A DNA stretch of 62,683 bases, filler included, from Moniliella sp. 'wahieum' (lineage: Eukaryota), in assembly GCA_003971905.1 (NCBI GenBank). It is 3 parts of 3 records of this genome, joined end to end, with 100 filler letters (N's around TTAATTAATTAA, not from the genome) between each part and the next. Parts side by side here need not be neighbours in the genome. Positions count along the whole stretch, not along the records: positions 1 to 28,572 come from RSEE01000183.1; 2 more parts are not named here. One strand, 5' to 3'. The notes below the pieces were generated by a model. That model did no database searches and was not told the origin of the DNA. It saw only the letters and a program-made list of their open reading frames with translations. Positions within the stretch are counted from its first letter, which is position 1; each line of letters starts with the position of its first letter. Both the position numbers and the translations under genes were made by a program. Positions 1 through 12,100 of the stretch are shown here, piece after piece.

Positions 1-270
1 GCTCTGCTTGGCTGTGCTCGGTGGCCGCTGCGTGCTCCGACACGAGACGGTCCTCCCTCTCTTCGTCCGGCCCGCATGGGCGCTGAGCGGCGTGTGTGTG
101 TGTCTGATAGAAGCGCCATGCGCCCCGTAGGCGCTACGCCATAGCCCCCCGCGCGCTCGTCGGACGCGAGGCGACACGCAGTTGGGAGGGAGCGCAGGTG
201 GGGTGACGTGCACAGCCCCTCCGCGACCGCCACGCGGGAGGGGCTGGTGCTGTGCTCTTGCCCCCCACCC

Positions 271-2185
271 ATGCTTCGCCGCCGCCACCGCCGCCGCTGG
301 GCCATGCGCTGCGGCTGCTCGTGCAGCTCCAGCTCGCCGCGCGGCTCAGCACGTTTGTGCTCAACCATCTCCTCGTCCGCCTCACCTCCCCCGCCGTGTT
401 TGGCGCCGCGTCGATCCAGCTCGAGCTGCTCCTCGGCGTCGTCCTGTCTGCCGCCCGCGAAGGCGTCCGCGCCGCCACCCTGCGCGCCGAGCGTCCTTCG
501 TCTGCCTCTGCCTCTGCCTCCTCCTCCTCCTCGGGCTCGTCTCCCGCGCTCCCGCCCGCACAGCAGCAGATCCACAACCTCTCCTTCCTCAGTGTCGGCG
601 CCGGCCTGCTCTTGGCCCCCGCGGCGGCATGGGTGTACCTCACCCGCCTCGCCCCGGCCTCGCTCGCCTCGTCGCCCTACCTAGCGCCCTCGGTCGGTCT
701 CTACCTTACCGGCGGCGTGCTGGAGCTGCTCGCCGAACCGCTCTTCAATCACGCCCAGGCGGGCGGCAACGTTTCCCTGCGTGTGCGCGCCGGGGGGCGT
801 CGTTGGTGGCCAACTGCGTCGTGGTGCTCGTGTCGATTGTGCGGCCGAGCTGGGTGGGCATCCCCCTCGGCGACACGAGGGACGGGTACGAGTACGCCTT
901 GGTCGCCTACGGCTTGGGCCGCGCGGCAATGGGGTTGACGGTGCTGGTGGTGTATGTAGCGGCGTATGCGCAGGCAAGCGGATGGCGGGGTCTGGGCGAT
1001 TGCCGTGCCTCGCTACGCGCAGCAGCCTGGCCAGCGCGCGCCGCGCCTGTTCAGTCCGTCGGGCTTGCGCTTGGTTGCCGCGCTGATCCAGCAGGCGCTG
1101 TTCAAGTACGTGGGCGAGCTGGATAAGTTGGCCGTCGCGCGGCTCGGGTCGCTGGAAGACCAGGGCGGGTACGCGCTCGCGTCCAACTACGGCTCCCTGG
1201 TCGCTCGTCTCCTCTTTTTCCTATTGAAGAGGCGGCCGGATCCAGTTTGCGCGCGAGCGGGTGGCTTGCTGCCCGATGCCGAACCGGCACTGGCGACGGC
1301 GACGGCGACGGACAAGGCTACGGTCACGGCCGTCCAGGCTCGCTCGATAGCGCCTCGAAGCAGCTCTCTGACATCCTCCGCTTGCTCCTCCTCCTCGGCG
1401 CCTTCTTTTGTACGTTTGGGTTCCCCTGGCGCCGTGGGCACTGTGGATGTTGGCTGGCCGGGGATGGGCGTGCAACCCAGCGAGCGTCGCAGGGTTCCAG
1501 CTGGGCGTCTATGCGCTCTACGTGCCCGTCATGGGCATCAATGGGTCCGCCGAGGGCTTCCTCACCGCGACCGCTTCGCCGCACCTGCTACGCTTTACTC
1601 GCTCCTGCTCGCCCTGAGCAGCGGCGCGTTCATCGCCACCCTCGCCGCCTCGCATGCGCTCGAACCTACTCTGCGCACCCACCTCTTTACTTCGGGCGAC
1701 GGCGACGCGTTGGCCCATGCACTACGCCTCGGCCGCGCTGACGCTAGCTGCGATCGCGGCGACTGTCACGCGGGCCACGGCGTGCTTGGCTTACATTCGT
1801 TGGTTCTTCCGCTCCACCGCGCCGGCTGACCAGCCCAGCTTTGCATACCGCTTTCGCTCCGCCCAGCTGTTGCCGCTCTCCCGGTCCTTGCGGCCTTGGC
1901 GCGTGCGCGGGCTTGTTGAACCTCGCTCTGCCCTGGCCCGCGGCGTATGGCCACCCCGCCACCCCCCGCCACGCACGCTGGTCTCGCTACATGGGCACCA
2001 CGTACCCAGGCGCTTCCCCTCCTAACGTTTGCCCCGCCACGCTTCGTGATATTGTTCCTCCCGTTGGACTGGGTGCGGTTCTGGCCGTGGCATGCCTGAC
2101 ATTTGGTACGTCTCCCCCCCTCTCTCTGTCTCTCTCTCTCTGTCCTCCACCTTTCAGCCCTTTCCCTACCATGTGGATCTTCTAA
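271..2185 (+). CDS. RFT1: RFT1 family oligosaccharide translocation protein (Man5GlcNAc2-PP-dolichol), split by several indels; ends approximate
   Basis: Segments across frames match RFT1 motifs: 'LQLAARLSTFVLNHLLVRLTSPAVFGAASIQLELL..AREGVRAATLR', 'ELLAEPLF', 'SLEDQGGYALASNYGSLVARLLF', 'YALYVPVMGINGSAEGFLTATAS'. Confidence 0.9.
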
Positions 2186-2431
2186 CGTTCTCTGTGTTGG
2201 GCCCGCATGCCAGCTTCGCAACCAACGCCATCCCCTCCCGCGTCTTTCCAAGCGGTAAATACGATGCAAGTTCATCCGCTCCAGCACTGGGCTCACTGGG
2301 ACAACCGTCACCCGTGGCCTGCGTACCAGACGAACGCCCTGGCGCTACTCTGGCGCTGCGCTGGTTCACATGAGGTTCGTAGACGTCGTAGTGTTCGTAC
2401 CATCGTACCAGAATCGCATCCCGCTCCTCCT

Positions 2432-3542
2432 TCACGCCCCCAGGCCCAATTTCCGCGCCGCCAACCCGCCCAGCGCATGACTCACCCGCGCCACGTCCCG
2501 GAACGTCAAGCTGTAGCGCGTTTCGCGCTGCAACGCCTCCCCTCGCGCTGGGGTCGGGGTCCGAACCGTCCGGCTCGGTGGACGCCGTGCCTGTGCCGGT
2601 GCCTGTGGGGCTGGACGCACACGCAGCGGAAGGGGGAGGGGGAGGGGACAGCGTTGCCGCACCCACGTGCGGGACGCACTCTGGATGGGCACGCTGCGCT
2701 TGCTGCACCCTACGTTGCAAGTCCGCGTCGTGGAGCAACGCGGTATTCGCCACGCGCGCTAGACACTCCCCCCGTCCTCGGCGCGATCGGCAATGCCATG
2801 CAGCCAGTCGTGGTACGCGCTGCCGCGCGTGACGAGCAGCGAACGCCGTTCTTGCAGTAGGCTGAACGTCGGGTCGGGCGCGCGGGCGCCGCGTGCGCGT
2901 CGAGTGACCGGAGCGGCTGTCTCCCCAGACGGCAGAAGCGGAAGTAGGTGTAGGTGTGGGCGTCGCCCCAGCTGCCTCGAGCGACGCATCGTCAATCCAT
3001 TCGTAAATGTCCAGCAGCGCGTGCGAGCCGAGGGAAATGGTTGCTGTGACCGGCTCGTACGCCGGGCCATCGTCGTGCGGCATGATGCCCTGTCCCGGGG
3101 TGTACTCATTGATCAGGCAATGGTTCGGTGCGGCATGTCGCGTGCCCTGGAACGCACCGCACGCGGCCAAGCGCCCGACCAGGTCCGGGTACGAAGCTAG
3201 AAACGACGGCAAGCCCTGTGGGTCGGGCAACAACACGTTCTTCCCCTTGCCTGTTAACGTCCCGCCCCAGTACTGCAGCCGACGCGCTTGCAGGACCTTC
3301 CACTTGGGCTGCGGCGCATGCAGGATGTGCTCAATCAGGTACGCCTCCTCGTCCTCGGTGATAAAGTTGGGCAGGTAGAAGAAGCCCGGATGGGCCAAGG
3401 CCACGGGCGCCGCATCCGACGCCGCCGCCGACGGCGTGGCAATGCGATACTTGGGCTGCGGCACGGGGATGCGATTCGCTTCGCCCACCTGGGCGTCGGG
3501 CGGCTGCTGGAGCAGCGTGGCAGATGGCGGTGGCGCGCTCAT
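2432..3542 (-). CDS. ALKBH6: AlkB-family 2OG-Fe(II) dioxygenase, ALKBH6-like (frameshifted)
   Basis: 'FYLPNFITEDEEAYLI..KWKVLQARRLQYWGG..PNHCLINEYTPGQGIMPHDDGPAY..TISLGSH' (HxD), 'SLLVTRGSAYHDWLHGI' (distal His) and 'RETRYSLTFRDV' (RxSLTFR) in successive frames. Confidence 0.88.
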
Positions 3543-3942
3543 GCACGCGCGCAAGGGGTAAGGCTGGTGGTGGTGGTGGCAAAGTGCCTCCCGTCGGCGT
3601 CTACGTCGTCTGCCAGGTCATGTGACCATGGGATCGTCGCTGCGGCTGCTGCGCTCGGACCAGAAGCTTCGCGAGCGGTCTAGCTGAACGTTCAAACCAA
3701 TCCACTGCTTCTTCTCTGGCGGGAACAAATGGCCTCCGGGAGGCGCTACACCTGTCTGTCTGCCTTCCTGTGTCCTCTTTCGTAAGACTACCTTCTCATC
3801 CCTCCTTCCCACCAGCATGTTGGACAGCTTTTGCTTCTGCCACGCTGGCGGCGCCGCGCGCGCAGGGGGAGGCCAAGAGCAGTGCAAGCCGGAGGTGCAA
3901 ATAGAAGGGGCAAACGTGGGTTGGGTTGGTGGGGTGCGGGAG

Positions 3943-4904
3943 TTACTGTTGGAGCCGGCCGGCTGGGCTAGGCCTAGGCGTAGACGTAGGCTTAGGCCTG
4001 GGCCTGGCCTCAGCCTTGGCCTTGGCCTCAGCTTCTGCCTCGGCTTCGGCCGCCCGAGCCGCCTCTTCGTCATCGGCAATCTCCTCGGCATACACATCCG
4101 GGTGCTGGCGGAAACACGTCTGCATGTGCTGGAACTTGTCCACGCAGTCGAACCCCTTGGGCTCGGCTTCGCTAAACACAAAGCAGCTGAACGCCAGCTT
4201 GAACTCTTCCCCACAGGGGCCGTGGGCCATGCCGCCGAGACAGGGACAGTCCCAGTTGATCTCCCCTGTGCGCGGGTCAATGGCCGCCGCCTGCGGGTCG
4301 TCCGACAAGGCCCCTCGGCCTCGGCGGCCAGTGCGGCCAGCTCAGCATCCACCACAGTCGCCGCCACCTCCTCCACCGCCTCGGCATCTCCACGTGGTCA
4401 TCGCAGTCGCAGTCGCAGTCGCAGTCGCAGTCGCATTCCGCGGTTAGTTTCGTCCGGCGCCGAGAGGCTAGGAGGGACAAAGAAGAAACGTACCTGTGCC
4501 CTCTACGGTGATTTCATCGACTACCTCGCCCGAGTCGCGGATGATGGCAATGCGCTCATTGTAACTCTGGCGACGGGGGGGCGCGCCAGAAGCGGAGGAC
4601 GACGGGGTGTAGGGAGGCTCCTGCTCCTTCGCGGGCTCGGCAGACGTGCTGGAGCGCGTGATGTGGGACAGACGCGGCGGCGTAGTTGGAGCGCCCTTCG
4701 AGGTGCAGCGCGGGCGCCGTGGCGCGTAGAGCGCGGTGCCAGCAAGCAGGGCGCCGGCAGCGGCCGCGGCGGACACGGCAGCGGAGCGGCGCGCGGGCGC
4801 AGGCGCAGTGGAGGCAAAGCGCACGCCAGCGGCCAGGGCGCTGGGGCTGGGGCTGGGGCGGCGCAGGAGGGGCGCGCAGCAGCGACGGCAGGGCGGAAGA
4901 GCAT
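3943..4904 (-). CDS. MIA40: Mitochondrial intermembrane space import oxidoreductase Mia40 (presequence and TM anchor; at least one intron ~4390-4495)
   Basis: '[63 protein letters not shown]' = CPC plus twin CX9C. N-terminus [31 protein letters not shown]. Intron GTACGT..CTAAC contains (GACTGC)n. Confidence 0.92.
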
Positions 4905-5530
4905 GGATGGCGTACACGCAGGCCGAGGTGGTCGGGACGCTTCTCGACATGCCCGTCCCCCGGACGCTTCTGACGGGAAAAAGCCCAGGCATCCACGCCC
5001 AATTCCGCCCGCGGAAGCTGCGCCATGGGGTGACGATCTTGTGATGCTGTGATGCTGTGATGTGGGGGTGATGGCGTGTATGGTTGGGTGGCCAGCATGA
5101 ACCAGATGGCTTAAGCGCTTGGTAAGCGCAACCGCACGGCCCAATTGCCAATTGCTGCGTCGCCCCAATGAGCAATTGCCAATGCGCTGGCTGCCACAGC
5201 CTCCCCACGCATCCTCCGACACGCCGGTGGATACTCGATACGCAGGCCATGGCTGCCAGCGTAGCCACCATGGGCACTAGGATGCTACTGCCCCCCCACC
5301 TGTCCCATGCGCACGCTGGCGACGTTGGCGGGTGGGGCCACCAGGCACTGAAGAGCTGCGTTGAGCTTTCGCACCGCAGCCTTCCTTTGGGTCCCCGTCC
5401 TGGTGGGCGCCCGCTTGGCGTACGGCCTACGGCCTGAGGCTGCGGCTCCGCTAGCCGAGGCACGCAAGTGTTGCCGACAAGAGGGCGCGTGGGCCCCGGG
5501 GGGTCGCGTATATAGCCCCTCTCTCGGCCG

Positions 5531-5865
5531 ATGTCTTCTTGCGTAGCACCATCCGCGTGCTGCCCCCCGCAGAGCGCTGAGGCTGAGAGTGAGAGTGGGA
5601 TTGGACGCCGGCATGCCCTGCGCCTCGCCACCGCGTGCGGAAGGGGAGCTGCCGCTGCCGCCTGTGCCCGCTGGCGACGGTACGTGTCCTGCCCGGCTCC
5701 GAGGGAGCCCACCAGAGCGGAGCAGACTGACTCATCCCGCGCAAAGAACAACAGTACTTTGTGTGCTACCGCTGCCACGCACGCTACCTCTACCTGGGCG
5801 ACTATGGGCGGCACGTGGAGCGCTCCCATTCGTTCTACGACGCCTTCCTCCCCGACTCGGGTTAG
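5531..5865 (+). CDS. Small spliced Cys-rich protein with one C2H2 zinc finger (not in the ORF track as such)
   Basis: Intron 5680-5754 (GTACGT..CTGAC..CAG) joins 'SCRCRLCPLAT' to 'YFVCYRCHARYLYLGDYGRHVERSHSFYDAFLPDSG*' (C-x2-C-x12-H-x4-H). Reaching ATG 5531 needs one indel correction. Confidence 0.6.
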
Positions 5866-6222
5866 CCGTCCCCACGCTGTCCCGGGCCGCCACCAGACCG
5901 CAGGCCACACCACATCCATCCATCCGGTCTTTCCTTTCCTTTCCTTCCCTACACAAACGGCTAGATCAATACCCCCCCCCCCAAACGGAGCTGCATCCTC
6001 CGTTCTACCTCTGCCAAGCAATCCCCACAACCAGACGCCCGCGCGCGGCGAGCAGAGTCCATGCGGTGCAACATTCATAGATCGATGCTAGTGCAAATCA
6101 GGCTGCTCAGGAAGGAACGTGGCCAGCAGTGCCGTGGCGCACGCAGGTACGTACGCAGGCCCTCTGGGGAAAAAAGGCGGGGTGGTGGCAAGAACGCGGA
6201 CATAATTCCGACAAGGGACCAA

Positions 6223-7671
6223 TTAGGCCTTCGGCACACGCGCGTAGAATCGCCTGTACATGTGGTCGACCTTGGTGAGGTAAAAGGAGCCCGGCCAGAG
6301 GTTGGAGAGGAGGCCCTGCGGGTCGTACTCGACGGCATTGTGGTTGTCCTCGCGCGTCTTGAGCGCATCCACGTACTGCTGCACCGGCACGACTGTCATC
6401 GCGTCCAGACGCGTTGCAAGTCAATCTTGCTCACGATCGGCGCCACGTCACCGACGACCTTGATGGAAAAGATGGATGCGGCCGAGCCCGAACCAAACGA
6501 GTACATCAGGATCCGCTTGCCCTGCACCTCCTTGGTCTGGTTCGACAGAGCGACAGCAGGCCAGCGTAGAGCGACGCGGTGTACATGTTGCCGCACCGAC
6601 GCACCGTGTCCATCCCGGGCTCCAGCATCGCATTGTGCGCCTTGGAGAAGCCCATAAACGTCTTCTCCACCGTCTTGTCCGCAATGGTCGACTGGCGCTC
6701 CTTGGTGGTCACCGACGCGTCCACGCCTTCAAACGCCGCATTCTTGGGGTCGGCCAAAAAGTCATTGTAAAACAGACGACCAAATCCCTTTTGCACCAGC
6801 TTGGCATACGGCGAGTGCATCACGACATAGTCAAAGTCGGTCGTCTTGACCTGCGCCTTGAGCGCCTCGGGGCTCGCATGGCCATTCGCAAGCGTCGTCC
6901 CGGCCGCCTTGGCCGCCGCCTTGGCCGCCTTGACGCGGTACGCGTCCCAGGCACGGTCCAGGCAGCCGAGGTACGTCTGCAGCGTCTCGGGCCCATCGAC
7001 AGTCGGGTACTCGGACGACAGGTTGGGCTTGTAAAAGTCCCACGTGTTGGTCATGTGGGTGCCGTGGATCGGGTCGACAACCAAGGGCGCATCGGGCCCA
7101 ATCAAAAACGCCACGCGCCGCGCCGCCGACCGGACGCGCCGAGCCTCGGCATAGATCGCAATGTCGCCCATGACCACAATCGCGTCCGGCCGTCCCAGGA
7201 GGAAGACTCGACCCAGTTGATCGCATTGAACAGCGCATTCGTACCGCCATAGCACGCGTTCTTGCTGTCCAGCCCCTCAATGTCCATGTTGCCACTCTCC
7301 TTGAACAGGTCCATCAGCACCGTCTTGACACTCTTCGACTTGTCAATGATCGTCTCCGTGCCCACGTCCAGACGGCCAATCGAGGGGGTCAATGCTGTAC
7401 TTGTCCATCAGGTTCTTGACGGCTGCGGCGGGGCGGGGCGTGGTGAGCAGAGGCAAGCACAGGCAGGGGAGGGGAGGGGGGACATACTGGTGAGGAGGAA
7501 CGAGTTGATGTCCTCGCGGTCGTCGGTGAAGGTCATGAACTTCTGGCCAAAGCCAATGGTGTACTTGCCCTTGGACGCCATCAAAGTCCTCGAGCGCATC
7601 CTGGGAGATGGCGCGGCGGGGGAAGTAGACTTCGGCAGCCTTGATGCCGACGTTGTGGGGCGGGTGGACAT
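6223..7671 (-). CDS. ERG13: Hydroxymethylglutaryl-CoA synthase (intron 7423-7487; frameshifted)
   Basis: '[12 protein letters not shown]', '[17 protein letters not shown]', '[20 protein letters not shown]', catalytic '[19 protein letters not shown]', '[12 protein letters not shown]', '[10 protein letters not shown]', 'GNMYTASLY', 'YSFGSG', C-terminal '[10 protein letters not shown]'. Confidence 0.96.
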
Positions 7672-8432
7672 GGGGGGGGGGGTAGTGAAGAAGGAGACAG
7701 GCGAGCACCGCAGCAAGAAGAAGGCGGAAGCGGCAGTTTAAAGCTGCCCGGAGTGTCCGGGGGGGGCGCAACCCTAGCGCTGGGATGCGCGTGCAAAAGC
7801 AGGCCATTGGGGGGCGGGGGGGGGCACACTGGCGCGGTGCCTCCCGTGCGGCTGGCGCACGAGCAGCGTGACACGTCGCGCTGGGACGCTGGCCGGTGCG
7901 TGGCTGGCGCCGTGCCGTGCCTGGCGCCGGGCGCCGACCCGCCCCACACGCACTGCCCCCGTGCGGCGGCGAACGCAGCGCCCAGCGCGCCCAACCAACC
8001 CAGCCGATCAAATCGAACGCACCCACGCGGCCGGGCGTCTTACGTACGCATCCGCTGCTGCACACGTGGCTTGCCAGCGTGGCTGTCCCATCTGATTAAT
8101 CATTAGTGCTGGCAACGCATCGCTCCCACACGGCCTGTGTGCAGATCCTCCTCTTCCGCAGCGTCCTCTCTTCTTGCTCTTATCTTGTCCGTCGCCATCG
8201 CCAGCGCCAGCGCCATCGCCATCGCCATCGCCATCTCCCTCCAGTCCCATCTTCGCAGGCACCAAGGTGGCTTACAGCCCCCTTTCGCAGGATTCATCTT
8301 GTGGAGTAGATTCCCATTGCGGACGGAATTCTCCGAGCATCCCAACGCCCTCCCTCAGTCATCGGAACAACACCATCAACAAACAGAAGCATAGCGCCCT
8401 CCCGCCCAATCCAACCCAAAAAGACAAAAATA

Positions 8433-8526
8433 TGACGAGAGTGGGATTCGAACCCACGCCCCGGAGGACTGCGGTCGAGGTAGGCGTACCTTAACACAGC
8501 GCGTTAGACCACTTCGCTATCTCGCC
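8433..8526 (-). tRNA. tRNA-Leu(AAG) with a ~14-nt intron after position 37
   Basis: Minus strand GGCGAGA TAGCGAAGTGGTCTAACGCG CTGTG TT-AAG-G [TACGCCTACCTCGA] C CGCAG, long variable arm, GTGGG TTCGAAT CCCAC, TCTCGTC-A, followed by a TTTTT Pol III terminator. Confidence 0.93.
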
Positions 8527-9158
8527 TGTTAGTGTCCTTTACCCCCATATCTGTCGCCCTCACTCATGTGTCCTTGCTTTGCTGGTGTGCCGTGCATTCC
8601 CCTGGGCAAGTAGAGCGGTAAGATCTAAGAACAAACAGGCGGATCGCGGACAGGGAAGGATGAAAAGCCATAGGAATCGACCCAGGCTCACTTTCGCCCA
8701 GAAAGACGGAGGAAAGAAATATATTCTCCCTCCAGCAGCCACATGCACTCAGGGCGAAATAGGCCCACAGTGCGCAGCTCGTCGCGTGGGAGAAACAAAG
8801 CGAGTAGGAGAGGGCCCAGGGAGAGAAGAGAATGCGAATGGAAACAAGCAGGAGAGGCACGGCCGTTGAAGTAGAAATCCGAGTTGTTGGTGGTTGGTTG
8901 CAAACAAGAACTTAAGCCAGACATACGACCCACTCAGGACCTGGGCAGAAGGATCTGTAGACAAGCTAACTGAAGCTGGCGTGCTATCCCGGTGTGCCTC
9001 CTTCTCTCGTTGGAGGTTCCGTACTTAGCCTCCCATTGGACACTCGTACTCAGTCTCCAGTCTATCCGCCCAAACATCGAATCCAACAGACAGCTATCCT
9101 CGGGCCACCACAAGCGTCGCTGCCACCGCTCCTGCCCTTACATGAGTCTACCTCTATA

Positions 9159-12100
9159 TCATCCCACTGCAGAACACCCGCACGTAGTCTCGGGAGACGA
9201 ATCCGAGGGATCAGATCCCGTCTGGGAGGGTCCTTTCGCTTGCTCTGTGCACACAGCCCGGCGATCGATGATCGACATGAAGATCATTTCCATCCGACAG
9301 CGACCCAAAGTCAAACTGCAAGCTCCAACAGGTTCGGACAAGCTTCCTAAGGGAAGATGGCGCCCCCCTGCGCTGCGAGGGAGACGGGGTACGGTACGTG
9401 GGGTGCGGTACGCCACGCTACGCCGCCTGTTCCCGCCCTCGCGCCGAGGCAGGCCGACGCCAGAACAAGAGCTGGAAGGTGTGCTACCCGTGCCTGCACC
9501 CGCGCCCGCGCTGCCCGGCACACGTTCGAACTAGTCCGTTTCGCTTCCTCGCTCCCGGCTACACTGGGCGGGACCGAGCCCAACTCCGTGCCCGAGCCAA
9601 ACGAGCCCGATGTGGGTTGCATGGGCATCAGATCGGTACTGGGCGCAGGATGCAAGCCCAGCCCCAACCCAGTCCCAGCCCCAGCCACATCCTCCCCACG
9701 CAACGGCGGTGCAAAGAAGACCCCCGTCGTGTCCGTGGGGGGCCGTCAGGGAGAGTAGGAGGCGCGGGAGGCGCAGGAGCAGGAGCAGGGGAAGGCCAGA
9801 TCTGAGAAGGTTGCCACCGCGCTTCGCCGGCGGTGCGACTGAAGCATGTGACGACGGCAGCGGCCCCGGCCAGGCGCCATCAAGCTGTGCGACGAGAGGC
9901 CAGCCCGGAATCGAGTGGCGGCGGCATGGATTCCGACGAAAAGCGGTGGGAGGTAAGCCGTAGCCGTCGGCTTCCATATCCAGCAGCACCGTCCGCGCCG
10001 AAGGGTGGGCAGACAGGTACCCCGTCCCCGTCCCGGCGCCCGTCGGGTCCGCGCCCAAGCTCGTCCGACCCGGTGCACTCCCGGCCTGGCCTAGGCCACT
10101 GCTCGTGCCCGGGCCAAAGCTGGGACGGGACGCTTGCCACTGATCAAACGCCGACCAGGAATGGCGACCGAGCTCGTCGTCGTCAAACGGGCGCTGGAAC
10201 GCGCGTCGCACCGCCTCGTAGTCTGTTACCACCCCGCCACTCGGTCCAGCGGCACAGGTGGCCCAATCGGACCACTGATCGTACGCCCGCCCATACGCCC
10301 GCGCGTGTCGGGCAACTTGGATGTCATCTGGCCCAGGGGAAAAGCAGCGAACGTCGCTTGCCTGCCTCGGCGGGCGGCTCGTCCCGTGCGTCAAGCGGGG
10401 ACAAGGAGGTGCCGCCTAGCGCACTGGGCTCCCGACCAAACATACTCTTGCCCCACCAGGTGCGCTTGGCACCTTTGCCGCCCCGGTCGGGGTCGACCTC
10501 GTGCGCAGCGTACGAAGCGTGCGCAAGCGGCGGCGAAAAGTCCAGCTCGGGATGCTGCAGTTCCGGATGGCCATCGAGCGAAGGGTTGGATTGGACAAAG
10601 TGGTGGGAACTGTACAGCCCACCACTGGTGTGACTCATGTCCGTCTGGCCAAGGAACGCGGCCGAAGGCGCAGGGCGGTCCAGGTCGAGCGCAGGCCGGT
10701 GCACATCCGGCTCGCCGCCAACCCACTCCTCCATCGAGTTGGTCACCGACGGAGGCTGGACACCAAACTGCGCCAGTGCATCTTTGACCCGCGAGGGAGA
10801 GACCAGATTGGCATGCGTATCATCGTCCAAGTTGCCGAGCAAGTTGCTGGGCAAAAGGCCCTTGGCAAAGGGGGACACCGACGACAAGGACAGCAGCCCT
10901 GGGTCGTCCGGGTACAGTGGACCCGAAGGCGTCGTCGGCGCCTGCCTAGGAAACAGGCTCGCGGGACCAACATGTTCGCCACTACCATGCGGGTCGGCAT
11001 CAAGCGGCAGACCCAGTTCCATGTCTAAATCGTCTTCCATGTCCACTCGAGGTGGGAAAATGGGTTGAAGCGGATGCGGAGCCACGATCCGCGGACGGTC
11101 GCCCACCCTGACCGCGTTCGTGGGAAGGTAAGATCGAGGTAGGGATAAGCGGCGACCCAAAGTAGGTCGAGGACGCAGGGCGGGGAACACCTCAACGTCG
11201 TATCCCTGGGGCGCGAGCAGGCCCGTGTCGTACTCGGGTGCGTCCACCACCTCTTCAGGCCTGCTGGGCTCGGGAACGCCATAGGAGGGATCTACAGCGG
11301 GAGGGGAAGGGTCAGCCGGTTCGTCAGGCACTTGGCTCGCCAATTCGGCAGCCAGGCGGTCTTGCTCGGCCATGGCAAGGTGGGCTTGGGCTTGCTCCAA
11401 CAGCTGCTTGGCTTCAAGCAGTTCCTTCTCCACCGATGTTTCGTCTTGCTCCAAAGCGCCTAACTCGGATTGGAGGCGTGCCAATGTGGCTTGGTGGGCT
11501 GCGTTGGATTCTTCGAGCGTGGCCAGCCTACTTTTTCGCCGTCGAGACATGCTTGCAAGCGATGCGAGGCCGCGTCGGCTTGGCGGGTGAGCTGGTCCAA
11601 CGCAAGTTGCTGGTTCGCAATGCGTTCCAGTCGATGCGCGCGGACCGACTGGGCGGCAAGCAAGGTCCGTTCCGCTTCCTTCTTCTCTAGATCCGCCGCA
11701 CGCTTCGCCTCGTCCAAACTTTTCATCTGGCCCTTCAAATCGCCCCTCATTGCATCCTCATCCTTCTTTTGCCGGCGCAATTCATCCAGCTCCGCCTGCA
11801 ACGGCTCGCGCATCTCGGCCTCGGAGGAACGCAGATGCGCCAGCTGGGCTTCAGCTTCGTCGACAGCGGTGCGTGCCTCCTCCACCGCTCGCGCTAGGCC
11901 AGCGAGATCGTGTCGTCGACCGGGCTTGGTCGAACTGCCATTGGGACCGGTGGGCGGGGACTGCGATTCCGAAGCGGACCGTAGGGGACTCGCTCCTTTG
12001 GCCGATGTGCTGCCCCGCCCAGCAGCGGACGTACCAGGAGCATCGACCTGGTGCGGGGACGACGTATCGTTCTCATCTGGACAGCAGGCGGGAATAGTCA

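Noticed and set aside
3817..6078. Long antisense or alternative-frame ORFs (e.g. 3817-5052 +, 4468-6078 -, and similar ones at 16325-17425 and 23708-25012)
   Set aside because: Shadow ORFs caused by high GC content and few stop codons. They overlap recognisable genes and are low-complexity Ala/Arg/Gly/Pro.
6223..7671. HMG-CoA synthase as the core of a terpene or polyketide biosynthetic cluster
   Set aside because: Neighbours are unrelated housekeeping genes, with no synthase, P450 or transporter nearby.
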